The notes under the pieces are model-generated. The model was not told the origin of the DNA and searched no databases. It saw nothing but the letters and a program-made list of their open reading frames with translations. A stretch of 64,000 nt of DNA from the NCBI GenBank assembly GCA_024276125.1, contig JAJRXT010000085.1, positions 20,580 through 84,579 of the forward strand, written 5' to 3'. Below are positions 1 to 15,000 of this stretch, piece after piece (positions within the stretch are counted from its first letter, which is position 1; each line of letters opens with the position of its first letter). The position numbers were made by a program, and so were the translations under genes. This stretch comes from a bacterium (GTDB lineage: Bacteria; SZUA-182; SZUA-191; JAJRXT01).

Positions 1-3000
1 GCGCCGATGTAACCTATGACAATTTAACCTTTGGCGAGACGTCTGCTTTTAGAATACCAGATTCATCTTTAGGCAATCAGTATATAGTAACTTATTATGC
101 TGGTAATCCCACTCAGCAGTATAATACTATTCAGAGCAAGATAAACAATGCTTCATATGGTGATTATCTATATTTTGCCGGTTGTAACCCGTCTCAGGTT
201 ATTTATGATATCGGAGATAATATTATTCAGTTAAAACGCGGGGTGAGTTTGCTGGGCGACGGTCCTAGTTGTACGATGATTCGCGGCAGCGGCCTTGCGG
301 TTATTACGGCGTCAAATGAAAGCACTATTGAGGGTATAAGAATAAGCGGTACAAACAAAAAACCCGTTGGGATATATTGCGGTAATACATCTCCTATGCT
401 GATTGATAATGAAATAGTTAGTTGTCACGATGGTATCCGAATCGGTGGAGTTGACGGTACGCAGCCTACTATTACCGGCTGTGCGATTTATGGTAACGGG
501 CGCATGGGGATTGGTAATAATGTATTTTCCGCCGCTTGGATTTTTGATAATAAAATTTGGGGCAACGCCCTGCTGGGCATCGGTTCCCGCGATAATGCAC
601 ATCCGCGGATAGAGGATAATCTAATCGGCTCAGCCGGCGCGGCATCTCAGCCGTGGCAGCAGGGTAATGGTTATGTGGGTATAGGCAACCGCGGCAGCTC
701 ATTTGCTAAAGTGGTGCGTAACCGCATTAAGCAGAATTATGGTTTAGGCATAGGTTCCCGCGCTGACTCAGCGCCTACTATAGAGCGAAATATTGTAAAT
801 GATAATTCCGTTCATGGAATAGGCAGCTACAAAAACAGTACGCCCACTATAATAAGCAACCGCGTATATAATAACAGTCGTATAGGTATAGGCTCTCACG
901 ATGATGTACAGGCGGTTATTTCGTATAATACGGTATACAGCAACCTGGATCGTATTGGTATTGCCACACTGGAACAGGCTGTCGTAACCATAAATAATAA
1001 TATAGTCTATAATAATAAGGGAATCGGTATTGGCTTTGGCGATGGTTCTCCGGCTTTTACCGGTACGGCCACTGTATACGGAAATCAGATTTTTGCCAAC
1101 GGCGATAGCCCTAATGATTCCGGCGGGATAGGAGCGCAAGGTCTTACCGGAAATGCCAGTATAACTATTAAAAACAACAGGATTTATTCACAATATTATC
1201 AAAATGCCATAGGATTTTTAAACCTCAATCCGTCGGGTAATGATCAGGCGAATATTACCATTCAGAATAATATAATAGATAATTCTACTGTAACCAGTAA
1301 CGGCGATTTTGGCATAGAAGTATACGGCGGTTACGGCTATACGGTGAGTATTACCGGCAATACAATAAGAAACTTCGGACGCTCGGGTATGCGGCTTATG
1401 AATTTAAGTACGGCCAGCGCAGTAACCGTACAGAATAATAATATTACCAGTTGCGGCGCCAAGGATTATGTTTATGCCTACAATGCTAATATGACATGGA
1501 CTAACAGCGTGATTTACTCCTGTCCAGATACAGACGGCTGTCCCGCCGCCATGGGCGTACAACTGACCGACTCTCATCTGTCAACTTCCAGCGTAACTGG
1601 CAATACCATAGCCTACAATACTTATTCAGGTATTGGTATGCGCAATACGGATGGTTTTATTAATGCCAGCAATCAGGTTTATGAAAACGGTAATCTGTAT
1701 ACAGTGCCCGGTACGGGCGGAGGAGATATCTGTCCTCGCTGCGATCCTCTGGGCGCCGGCGCTTCAAGCGGAGATGGCGGAGTGACAGTAACGGCGTTGC
1801 CCGGCGGTGAAGAGCTTCGTATTTATGAAAACGGCAATGAAATATACAACAACAATGTAGGCGATATTAGGATCAAACCGGGAACTCTCGGTACTGTTTA
1901 CTTGAATGATTCGCAGGTACCCGGAGGTTCCAGCGGCGGTCAACTTAATGGTTACGGGGTGGTGTATGACTGCTTTGATTCGGCTGATGCAAGCCCCGGC
2001 GGAGAGTGTAATACTACTGTAACCGGCATGACCTTTTCCGGTAATGATCGCTATGGAATACTTGTTCGCGGCCCGTATTCGCAGAATCTGATTATTGAAA
2101 ATAACATTATTCAAAGCAATATGACTGTCTCGAACAGTAACAATATTATTTGCGCCGGCACGGCTAATGAAGATCATGTCGGCGGCGGTATAGCCTTAAC
2201 TTGCGGTGCGCGTCCGGTTATCAGAGATAATATTATAAGAAATAACGGAGCAGATTTGCGTTCCGAGGGCAAAGGCAGTCATTCCGGGATTAACATGTGG
2301 CAGGCCGGCGATACTCAGATTTACAGTAATGAAATATACGGTAATGCTAATGACGGCATAGATTTGCGGGATACGCCTATTGTCACCACTGATCCAAAAT
2401 ATGTCGGAGTAGGTCCGCCTCAAATCGGCGTAGCCGGGCAGACTGCCAATAAAATACGCAACAATGCCCGCTTCGGAATTGGCGCTACTGACGCCAGCAG
2501 TCTGGAGGCGGGTTATAATGAATTATATGAAAACCAAAGCGGCGGTATAGGTTTTTATCAGTTGACCGGTACGGCCAATATTTACAGCAATTCCATTTAC
2601 AGTAATACCGGCAGTTCCTTATCCGAGGTGGGCGGAATCGGGATGAAGTACCTTTCCGGTACGGTCAATATTCGTAACAACATTATCAGGCACAATGTAT
2701 ATACAAACAGTTATGATTATCCGGCGGGGATTGGTGTGTATCGGCCTACTGGCGGTTCTTTGACCATTGAGGGTAATACGATCACATCTAATCAAGCGCA
2801 CAGTTATTCGGATGCCGGCGGAATTGGCTTAAAGGGGCTTTCCTCTGCTAGTAAGGGGACTTTAAGCAATGTCTATATTACCAGCAACCGTATTAGTCAT
2901 CACAAGTACGGCACGGGCAATCAGGCGGCTGTATCCTTTAAATGGCTTGATTTGTCTTCCGGCAACATCACCATCCGCAACAACAAAAAGGATGGTATGG

Positions 3001-6000
3001 GGCTTTACGACAATGCTACGGGGGTAAGGTTCAAGGAGTTAACCAATGCCAATGTAACTATCAACGATAATCTCATCCAGAGCAATATCAATCCTTCAGG
3101 AGAGGGCGCTTCGGCAGTGGGATTCAGGGGGTATAGCAGCGGCTCTCCGATGACGGGCGTTAAAGTGGATATAAATAATAACATAATGTCAAACAATAGG
3201 TTTACGTATACCGCTTATGATAAGGCTTCGGTAACCTTTAAATATTGTAAATTATACAGCAGCGATTATATAAAAGTACGGGGCAACCGGATCAACAATA
3301 CAGGTAATAACGGCATAGAATTCCGTTATGTGGGCGGAGTGACCGGTCATGTAGCCCATGTGTATATTGGCACCGACGCTGAGGCCCCGGGCGCCAGCAA
3401 TGATATCCTGAACATTCCGGCCTCGCATAACGGTATCCGCTTTGAAGACTGCACTTATGGCGACGGGGTGCAGATGAATATCCTGAATAACAACAATGTT
3501 GAGGGTGGAATCGTATTTCGGGACACCAAGCTGACAGGCTTGTATATTAAGGGTAACGCCAATATTTATGATGGACATACTCCCGGCGGTATGGGCGGTA
3601 TGATGGGAGTGTGCGAGTGCGGTATGGGTATGCCGGATTGGGACAATAACGGCATACAGGGCAAGGTGAACACCTATGCTTACGGCAGCGGCGGAGTGAT
3701 ACCCATTGAGATTAACAACAACGGCATCCGCAACAACGGCAAACTGGGTGTTTTTCTGCCTATAAAGAATGATGTCGGAACAGTAGCTCTGAATGTGGAG
3801 GGTAATACCTTCGAGCATAATGGCTGGGCGGGCTTTTTCAGCCCCAGCGGCTCTTCCGCCTGCCTTGATTCGTTCATTTTCAGCGGCAACACGATATACG
3901 ACAACGGTTTGATAGGCGGCAACAGCCCCGGTTATGATTCAGACGGAGTGGTGATGAGGTGTTTGTCTGCTTCGGTGGGCGCCAAGTTTACCAATAACAT
4001 TATTCACAGCAACAAGGTTAACGGTCTGAGTCTCAGGGACTGCGACGGGGTGACTGTTTCCGGCGGTAAATTTTATAGTAACGGCATTCGCGGCATTGGC
4101 AGCAGAAATTTTAGCAATTTTACTGTTGAGGGCGGCGCATGGATATATAGTAATGGCAAGCTGGCCGGCAGCGAAGACGATTGGTGCGGGGTTGGTTTTG
4201 ATGACGCTACTGTTACGGTAAGGGACAGCTTTGTATATGGAAATTACGGAGCCGGCATTGCGCTGCGGGACGTGGTTAACGGAACCATTGTTAGCAATCA
4301 GATTTATGACAATCGGAAAACGGGGATTAAATTCTTGCGCTCTAACTCTACCTTGACTATTCGGAACAATACGATTGTAAGTAATGGTCAGGATGATTAC
4401 ATAGATAATTCCGGCTTGAGGGATGCTTCAGGTCTGCGTGCCAAGGACAGCACCTTTGCAAATATAACCGATAATATTTTCAGAAACAACAAGTTTTCCG
4501 GTATTGCCTCTTATAATACCGACGGTTACATCGGTCCAAACAATGAAATCCGGTATAATGGAGATACCGCTAAAGGCGGCGGCGACTGCGGTGGTTTACA
4601 GGGTCCCGGCAGCGGCGACGGAGGGGTGGCCGTACGGAACTTGGGTACATACGATACCCTGATCGTATCCGGTAACACTGTGGAAAGCAATTATCTGGGT
4701 TCGGTGAGCCGCAAGGACTGCAAGGGTACGGTGAGATTAGACGGTCAAGGCGTAGACTGCGCCCCTTATTGGGATAGGGCTGACGCTAAGGTTTACGTGG
4801 GGCCTGATGGAGTGTATGTAAACAATAGCTTCCGCAGCAGTAGTTTTACGGTGGATTGTACTGATCCCCTCTATAATGATCTGGCTGGCGGTATTACCGG
4901 CGGCAAGGTTTGGGGCGTTGCTATAGTCGGCGGGATCAAGAATGTAATCTTCAGGAATTGTACGGTAAACAATAATATGACTACCGATAATAACCTAGGC
5001 GATCAGGGAATCTCTGTGGGCGGCGGCGTTTTAGTAGGCCCTGGGGTTGAAGCTGAGGTATATAATAATACAATCTATAATAATGGTTTTGAAATAGCGC
5101 AGGGTTCCGGCGCTCTTGCAGTGGATGGCAGCTATACAACCGAATGGATGACACCGACTGATGATACGGTAGAGCCGCATTGGATTAAGTTTGATACAGG
5201 TACTTCCAGCCAGACAATAACCAAAGTGCAGATATATGCGGCAGCCGGCAGCGTAGCCCGCAGTTGGGATGTATATGTACATAACAGCACCAATTGGAAT
5301 AATATAGGTAATGTATTGGATACCTTTACGGCAGGCGGTTCCGGCGCCGGCTGGTATGAATCGGCTACCTTTAGCGGCTCGGGACGTTATATTACCTTAA
5401 AATCTTCCGGCGGCTCGGTTAGTGACGGTGATTTTGCGGAATTTCAGTATTATAATGGCGCAAGTTATGTTACGCCGGATTTTCATCAGGTATGCGCTTC
5501 ATTATTGGGCGGTAATTCTGGAGTGACGCTGCGTTGTGTAGGAAATGTAAATATTCATGATAACAACATTTACAGCAACTGGAATCAGGGTATTGAAGGA
5601 CGTAATGTCATAGGTACAATCGGACCTAATAATTTAGTGCACGATCACACGAAAGCCAACAGAGTGATAGGCTTTAGGAACTATATAAACGCTACTATAT
5701 ATTCCAATGAGGTTTACAATAACAATTATGGCGGAATCGGCGTCAATTCCATAATAGGTACGGTTATAATCGACAAAAATTATGTGCACGACGGCGGCAA
5801 TAATATCTTTCCAGGTATAGGTATGTCCAATAATGACGGTACTGCTGTCTTTATTGCTAGGAATAATACGGTTGAAGGACATAAACAGAGTTTTGAAGCA
5901 CAAAAAAGCGAAGGCGCTTATCCTTTAGATATACAGATTTACTCCAATACAGCCGATGTGGAGCCAAACGGCGCCGGCTGGAATGGTGTACGTTTCAGGC

Positions 6001-9000
6001 AGTTAAAGGGCGCCAGTATATCCGTTAGAAATAATGTGTTAACCGGCGGCGCGTCTTCTTCGAGATTCGGTATTATGTTTCAGGATAATGGTTGGTACAG
6101 CACTAGTGAGCATACCGATATAACCATTTATTCCAATACAATCTTAAATTTCAAAAGAACGGGAATCAGAACCCAGGATAATGTCAACACCACCATTACG
6201 ATAAGTAAAAACAACATTACCGGCAACGGCGGCGGAGCGCCTAATGACAATACCCGCGACGGCATCCATTTCCGCTATAATATCAATTCAGATATAAATG
6301 TAACCAATAATAATGTTTCCAGTAATGTAAAACGCGGTATACGTTTTCATGACAACGCGGGCATTGATGTGGTGATTGCCTCCAATACCATCAGAAACAA
6401 TACCTATCAGGGACTGGAGTTCGGGGATAATTACCTGAGCACTACGGCAGGGGCTACGGCTACGGTGGCGGTTCGCAATAATTATATTGAGCGTAATGAT
6501 TATACCGGCATACAGTTTAAGGATAATTATGACCTAGACGACATTCTGCTGTATTCAAATTATATATTCAGCAATTCGCCGGTGGATAATTGGGGCGGGG
6601 TATGGCTGCATCATTCCGATAATGTGCGCTTAGAGAAAAATTATATTGTAAGTAATTCCGGTATAGGGCTTAGAATACAAGATTGTTCGCCTGTAATAGG
6701 CGCTGCTGATTATGTTTTCACTATAAGCGATCCGGCTTGCTGGAGCGGGCAGACCAAAAACTATATGGTGGATATATATAACCACAGCCAGCCCTACGAC
6801 TGGACGCCGTGTTCCGGCAGATACTGGCTGCGGGATAAGATGGAAACCGAATCTGTAGCTAAAGGCGGTAATGTTATTCGCCAGAATAGCTCCTGGGGGG
6901 TACAGACCCGCGGCGAGCAAAACGGCAGGGCGGCTCAAGTCTATGATAATGATACCTCAACCGATTGGAGTACCTCCACGCTGAATGATTCACATGTTGG
7001 CTCGCATTGGATTTATTTTGATTTGGGCAGCTCTAAGGCGATAACCAAAGTACGCGTATATGCCAGATACAATGAAACCACCTGGGATGTGTATATATCT
7101 AACAGTACCAGCGCTTGGGGCGCTAAAGTAACCACCTTTACTACAGGCGGCGAGCTTATCCCGGGTTGGGATGAGACCAACGCATCCGGTACGGGTCAGT
7201 ATATTAAGCTGGAGTCTACAGGCGGTATTGACGGTAAAATAAAGGCTGATATATTTGAATTTGAATATGATGCAGGTTCAGGCTGGGCTGATCCGATAGG
7301 CGGCGCTACGTGTAGTAAGTTAAGCGATGATAATGACGGTATAGCGGCAAGTACCAGAGACGGGAATACGTCTACTCAATGGCGCACTCATCCGGGCGAT
7401 ATTACAGAGCCTCATTGGATTAATTATGATCTTGGCGATTATGATAATCCGGTAAGCAAACTGCGTATATTTACCGGTACGAGCGATACCCGCACTTGGA
7501 AGGTGTATTTATCTGATCGCAAATATGAAACCTTAAGAAGCCCGCCGGCGGATGACTTGCTTTATTCCGGCTGGGTGGTAGGCGGCAGCGGCGCTTATGA
7601 GACTTCAATTGTATTTAGTTATCAAAATATTACTCCGACTAACGGCGCAGCCTACTGGAAATTTGATGATGGAGCAGGTAGCAGCGCGGCAGATAGTATC
7701 GGCGCAAATACCGGTACATTAGTAAATACTCCGGTATGGACCAGCTCTTCTGCCTTCTGGAAACCGGGTCAGTATTCGCTTGCTTTAAACGGCGCTACTC
7801 AATTGGTAGAAGTAGCTGATTCTACTGATGTTGATTTTGGTCCGTCGGTTAATTTTACAATTGAGGCTTGGATTAAGGTTAATTCCGGCGGCTCCGGTAT
7901 TATCCTTAAGAAAAACGGGGCAGGCTGGAGTCCTGATCCGGGCGGGGAAGAAAAAGCATATTATTCCCTGTACACTACTACTAACAAAACGGTGGTATTT
8001 GATATTCGCGATAATACCAATTATAAATATCAGACCCTTACTTCGATTAATTCTATAAAACCGGGACGCTGGCATCATATTGTGGTTGTAAGGGATATTG
8101 CTAATTCTCAGTTAAAAATGTACGTAAACGGCGTTCACATGGTAAGCCGCAGCCTGACCGAATCAGGCGATATAAGTAATGGCAATCGTTTGATTATAGG
8201 CGCAGGTGAAGCTGACGGCTCTGCATCTTATGAGAATTATTTTGACGGGCAGGTTGACTAGGTGGTTATTTACAAACGCGCCTTACCTGCTTCAGAGATT
8301 GCACAGCGTTTTGAGCAGGCTATGACTACCCGTCATATTAGATTAGAGGCTGTCGGCGGCGATATTACTGATCATTTATATGAATTCCAGTATCAGCAAT
8401 CAGGGATAGCTAGTTGGATAACCCCGCCGTCTTCCGGTATTGCGGCCTGCAGCTATGATCTGAGTTATAAGTATAAACCCATATTCCGCGGCGGTCAGTT
8501 AAGGGGTAATGCTTCCACGCAGATGGGAGTATTGGGTTCATATAATGATGTGTTCGTCTATGGTATGTATGTCGGCGGCGGCGTGGAGACCGTATCGGCG
8601 CAGGATTATGCTACGGTTACGGTGGAAAACAGCGCTTCTCAGGGCAATAACGCCTTGCAGGCCAAAACTCAGGCTACCATAAATATTATAAATAAAAACT
8701 TTATTAACCAAATAGTGCGCGCTACCGATCCCGGTACCACCATAAATATCTTATATGGTAATAGACTGTCGTGTCTTAATCATTGCGATTCCAATAATCC
8801 AAGCTATGCCGGTAATAGCGCTGAATTTAACATGATCGACAGCAATTGGGCCGGCACCACCATTTCCATGTACAGCCATACTTTTAAGGCCAGACAGAAT
8901 AATGAAATGACCCCCGGCTTTGTAGTATCAGGCTTAGCCCAAGTATACCTGTGGTGGGGTAATAAGATGAAGAACATGAAAAAGCGGGACTCCTCGCAGA

Positions 9001-12000
9001 TATGGTGGGTGGGGTATACCGGTTTTGACCCGGCCGACAAATGGAATACCTATACCGATGGGGCGCAGGCGACCAATACATTTAGCGGACGTATCCTGGG
9101 CGCTGATTATACTTGGGTGTATTTTGCCGGTAATTCGGGTAGCCTGGGCTCGGTGACGGTGGATCGCGGTGTAGCGCAGTTACTCAGTAATAACCTTACC
9201 AATGCCGCGTTTAATTTTAGCTGGTATGATGCTCAAGGTAGCTTTACTGCCACTGATAATGTGCTTACGGGGTTTGATTTGGGATTTAAGGTCTGCGAGA
9301 GCGGCTGTCCTACTACCGTAGCCCGCAATACCTTCTATGATATGACCACAGGTTTCCAGACGGCAGGCAGCGGCAATACCTACGATAATGTATTTGAGGG
9401 CTGCGGTATAGGTGGACGGGCTAAATGGAACACTATGAATGTACACGATAATGTGTTCTACAACAATACTAATGGCTTTAAGTCACAGGGCAATGCCAGT
9501 GTTTATAATAATACTTTCCGCTATAATAGTATAGGCTATGCCAGCAAGGGCTCTAGCGCCAATGTATACGATAATACCTTCTACAACAACACTACATCCG
9601 GCGCACAGAAGTTAGGCGGTACGCTGACCTTTACCGGCAACCTTTTATACTCAAACGGCTCGGGTAATGCCATTACGGCTCCGGGCGACCGGCCCGATGC
9701 AGGAGTGCGCGCTTTGGCCTGTGATGCTACGGTAACCAATAATACTTTCTTAGATAATAATGCGATAGCTATAGGTTTTGCCGATCAGAATTCGCTTCAA
9801 ACAGTAACCATAAGCAGCAACAGCATTACTGATAACTATTTAGGCGGTATTGGTATTGGGGTATATAATGGCGCCTCCGCTCTTATAGACGGAAATGTTA
9901 CTACTACACAATGGGTGACCAATAGCGCTGATGTAACCTTACCCCATTGGGTATACTTTGACCTAGACGATACTACTACGGTAAGTCAGGTTAAAATATA
10001 TGCCGGAGCTGAGGTTCTGAGTTGGGATGTGTATATATCTGATGATACGCAAAACTGGGGCGCTAAAGTAGATACCTTCAGCGCCGGCGGCGGTTCCGGC
10101 TGGTATTATTCTACGAATAAATTAGGGAATTCCGGGCGTTATCTTAAATTACAAAGCAACGGCGGGGCTGATAATAGAATAAACGGCGATTTTTTTGAGA
10201 TTGAATATATTGAATCGCCTATTGGCACCGGTATAACATGGGAAAGTCCGTCTGACGGTGTTGTATGCAGTCTGCCGCCCAATGAAGGCGCAATAGTTAT
10301 AGACAACAGCGTATCTACAAATATTATACGCGATAACGGCAGATCAGGTATATCATTTGCCGACGCTACTAATGTAACTATACAAAACAACTTTATTGTA
10401 AGCAATGGTACAGCCGGATATGAAGACTCACAAGGTTATCCCGACGCCTCCGGTATACGGGCTAAAAATGCTGTCTATGTACAGAATCAAATAACCAGCA
10501 ATATTATCAGGTACAATACATTCTCAGGATTTGCGTCCTACGGCAGCGCCGGTTATATAGGGCCTAATAATGAAATAACATATAATGGCGATAATGTACT
10601 GGGATTTATCTGTAATGACCTAAAGGGCGGCGCCGGCAGCGGTAATGGCGCGGTAAGCGTGCGCAATTTGGATGTTGCCGATACCTTAATTGTATCCGGT
10701 AATGTTATTGAAAATAATATTCTAAATACTATTGCCAGAAGGGATTGCAATGGTACTGTACGCTTGGATGGCGCGCTTTGGTCGGATTGCGGACAAGGCA
10801 GTTGGGATAAGAGCGATGCCGTTGTATTTATTGATGATGACGGAATTTACGTAAACGGCGTATTCCGTACGGCAAGTCTTATTTTGGATTGCTCTGATAT
10901 GCTGTTTTCCGATTTAAACAGCGGTATCTCCAGCGGAGCCGCCGCTTGGGGTGTATCTGTAGCCGCCGGCGTATCCGGCGCTGCTATCAGAAACTGCGAT
11001 ATTAATTATAATAATACCAGCTGCAATACTTATGGCCTTGGTTCCGCTAATATGGGCGGCGGTATATTTGTAGGCCCCGGGGGCGAGGCGCAAATATACA
11101 GTAATACCATACGCTATAATGGCTGTGAAAAACCGGCCTATGGTAATGGCGGCAGCGCCGGAATCGTTATGCGCTGTGTCGATTCAAACGTGATAGTAAG
11201 TAATAATGATATTTTCAATAACAAAGGCGACGGTATAGATGTAAAGGGCGGTCAAGGTACTATCGGCGTATCCGGCGCGCCCAATAATATCTACAACAAC
11301 GGACGCCACGGAGTGGGTATGGCCAGCAACACTACGGCCACGCTGGCGTATAACAATATCTACAATAATACGGATCAGGGCGTTGGTATACAAGAGTCCG
11401 CCGCGCCTACGGTTCAGTTTAATACTGTATACTCTCATACTGCGTACAGGCATTCGGGAATCGGTGTTATAGATACAGCCTCGCCTTATATTTATTCCAA
11501 TACTCTTTACAATAATGAGACCGGAATCGGTTTTGGCACGGGCAGCGCTGAGCGCAGCAATAATTTGGGAGATCAGACCGGTTTAGGCGCAACGCAAGTC
11601 AAATTGGACGGCGGCGCTAACAACAATGACGACTACTATAACGGTATGATACTGGTATTGGGCGAGAGCTCTCTTGCCAGTCCAAAAGAGGTTTTAATTA
11701 CGGATTATATTGGTACCAGTTATTTGGCCACGGTTAGCCCAAGCTGGGATACTAATCCGTCAACCGGCGAGGCCTACACTATTTATGATATGTCGTATGC
11801 CGGTACGACTACTATAGATAAAAACTACATCTATAACAGCGAGTGGGGCGGTATTGGAGTATGGGGTACATCTAACGCCAATATTAATATCGTAAGTAAC
11901 ACACTGACCGGTAACAGCCAAGCTGGAATCGGTATGCAGTTTAATAACGGCGGGACTATAACCATACGCAATAATCCCAATATTTTTAATCACACCCGCG

Positions 12001-15000
12001 GTATAAGGCTGCAAAATAACACTAATACCAATTTCTTTATTTTAAATAACAATTATATTGGTTCCAGTGCAAACGGCGGTATTTCGGCAGAGGATAATGT
12101 GGGTATTGATTTTACGGTTAATGATAATACCATTGCCAGCAATGCCCACGGCGGGGTTAATATGCGCAATAATGACGGCGCCGGTAAATTGATTTTTAAT
12201 AGAAATTCAATCAGAAACAATACAACGCAAGCCGGTATACAAATAGAAAATGCCGGAACGACTACTATGTTGGAAGAGGTTACTTTCTACTCCAATACCA
12301 TTTATAATAATGCAAATCAAGCCGGTATCAGAATGAGAAATATACACATTAACGGCGTTTATACGGCGCTAAGTAATGTTATTACCAGTAACGGTCATTT
12401 GGGTATTGGTTTTGAAAACAGCACCGCCGCCAATGGCGTTATCGTAAGCAATAATAACCTGTCAGATAATACGGCAGGCGGCATAGGTATCCGCAATCCC
12501 AATGCCCAAAGCAATGGCATCAGCTTTATTCGCGGCACTAATAATGTAATTACCAGCAACGGCAATGTTCACGGCGCTTTTATGGTGGAAAGTATCCCCG
12601 GATTAACCTATGTGAGGGTGTACTCCAACCGCATTAATAACAATGCCAATGGCGGCGTACTTATGCGCTATAATGCAATTACCGATAATCTTATTATAAG
12701 CGCTAATACCATTACCAATAATACCGATTGGGGTATTGCACTGGATTCCAATAATGTAGATACTATTAATTCATTGAGGGTACAAAATAATACCTTAACC
12801 GCCAACAGAGGCGCTCTGGCGTTTAGAAGTAATCCGATAACCAGTATTAATATAAGCTATAACACCATGAACAGTAATATTAGCAGCGGCGCTATAGCGG
12901 CTGATAATAATACGGCGTTAGCGGATGTGCTTATTCACTCTAATATCATGCGCTATAATACCAGCCGCATGATAAAATACAGAAACAATTACGGAGCAAA
13001 GCTTACTGTAAGCAATAATATTATCTCAAGTATGCAGGGTACCTCCGAAGGTATTCTACTTATGCAGGATAATACTATCCCCAGCTTCTACTTTATTAAT
13101 AATATTATAACCAGCAATAACTGCACTAAGGGCGCTATATCTACGCAAACCAATGTATTCACCGATCTGTTGATAGATAATAATGATTTTCGTAAAAACG
13201 GGCAACTGCCTTTTGTATCTGACGATGATTTTAATAATCTTACCTTTGTGAATAATACTATTGCCAGTCACACGGAATCCGGTCTTAAAATTGACGGCAG
13301 CAGGATAAACATAACCAATACCCTGTTGGTGAGCAACAACACCTTCCGCTTTAACGGCGGCAGTGACTCATCTGACCAACCGGGTGGAATCAGCATTAAA
13401 AACTTTAATGATGCGCTCACCATAGCTCATAATATTATTCATTCAAATACGGCTACTTCTGTTACTACCGGCGCCCCTGGCGGTATTGGAATTGATGATT
13501 ATTACGGTACGGCGCTTAATATATACGATAATACTGTACGCTTTAATACGGGCGCCGGATTAGGCGTGGGCGGTATTGGGATAAGTGATAACAGCGGCGC
13601 TACCCCCGGTACGATTACTATTTATGAGAATAATATCTACTCAAATATTGGTTCGGGCGGCGGAGCCGGCGGCGTTGGGCTTAGGGAAAACGCCGGAACG
13701 TTTATTTTAGAGCGCAATAAGATTTATAATAATACAGGCGCCTCCCCCGGCGGTGAAGGCGTGGGAGTTAATTTATATCAGACTGATACCGGAGACGCCC
13801 CGGTTATCAGAAATAATATAGTCTATAAGAACAATCCATACGGCATTAAGATCAACCAAACCGGCAGTTCCGGCGTATATATATATCATAATACAGTAGC
13901 CTTTAATACCAATTATGGAATAGACAGTTACGATTCGAGCACTCCGGCTACCGCGGTTGTTACTAATAATATTGTATGGAGTAATGGTATAGACTTATCT
14001 GCTTCAATCGGCGGGACGCCGTTTGCGGTTACTTATTGTGATGTGGAAGACGGTGCGATAGGAACCGGTAATATCAGCGATGATCCGCTTTTTTCCAATG
14101 CGGCGGCGGATGATTATCATATATTAAGCAGCTCGCCTTGTGTTGATGCGGGAACTGATGTTGGTATTACCAATGACTATGATTTGGATACAAGACCTAG
14201 TAATTGGGGCTATGATATGGGCGCAGACGAGGTTGTTATTACAAAATGATGCAGTCAACCAAACCGCACAGCGCACAGACGGCAGTCTGCTGGTGGATGT
14301 ACGTCATCAGGGACGCGATTTGGACGGAAATTCTGTAGCTTATGTGCTTACGGATTCTGAATTCTCTAGTAATGGCTCAACCTGGGTTGATATGTCAAAC
14401 AGTATGGGTATGCAGAATTTTACTTCCAGTTGGGCGGATTACAGCTTTGTTTGGAGCGTGGGAGTTGATTTGCCCAATACTGAGGATAGTACGGTTTATG
14501 CCAGACTGCGCGTACAAGACCCGCTTAATCAGAGTAACCAGTGGACGGAAAGCGTTTTTGCGGTGGATACCAAAGCGCCGGGCTCTCCGTCTCCATTACA
14601 GGATACCGTAAGGACTACCAATACGATTGATCTTAGCTGGACGGCTTCCAGTGACGGCAATTGGTTACAATATGAGATTATATACACTACTGCCAGTCCG
14701 GTACAGCGGCCTTGTGCAGCTTGCGGGTTAGAGACGGTTTTAGGCGCAAGTACAGTAAGCAGCGCTATTGCCGGCTTGCAGCCGAATACTACCTATTATA
14801 TGAACATCTGGGCGGTGGACAGCTTTGGCAATACCGCCTCTGCGACTGAAATCAGTACCACCACCTGCGGCCTGCCGGCCTCGGCGGTAGGCGGTAATAA
14901 ATTTGAACCGGCCAGCGGGGCTACAGGAGTATCCGTTATGGGGCTTGACTTAAAATGGGTGGCCGCAAGCGGCGCCGCATCATATGACGCTATTTTCAGT

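Noticed and set aside
4366-11123. Duplicated segments as a DGR template/variable repeat pair
   Set aside because: Both copies are coding, differences are not adenine-specific, and there is no reverse transcriptase.
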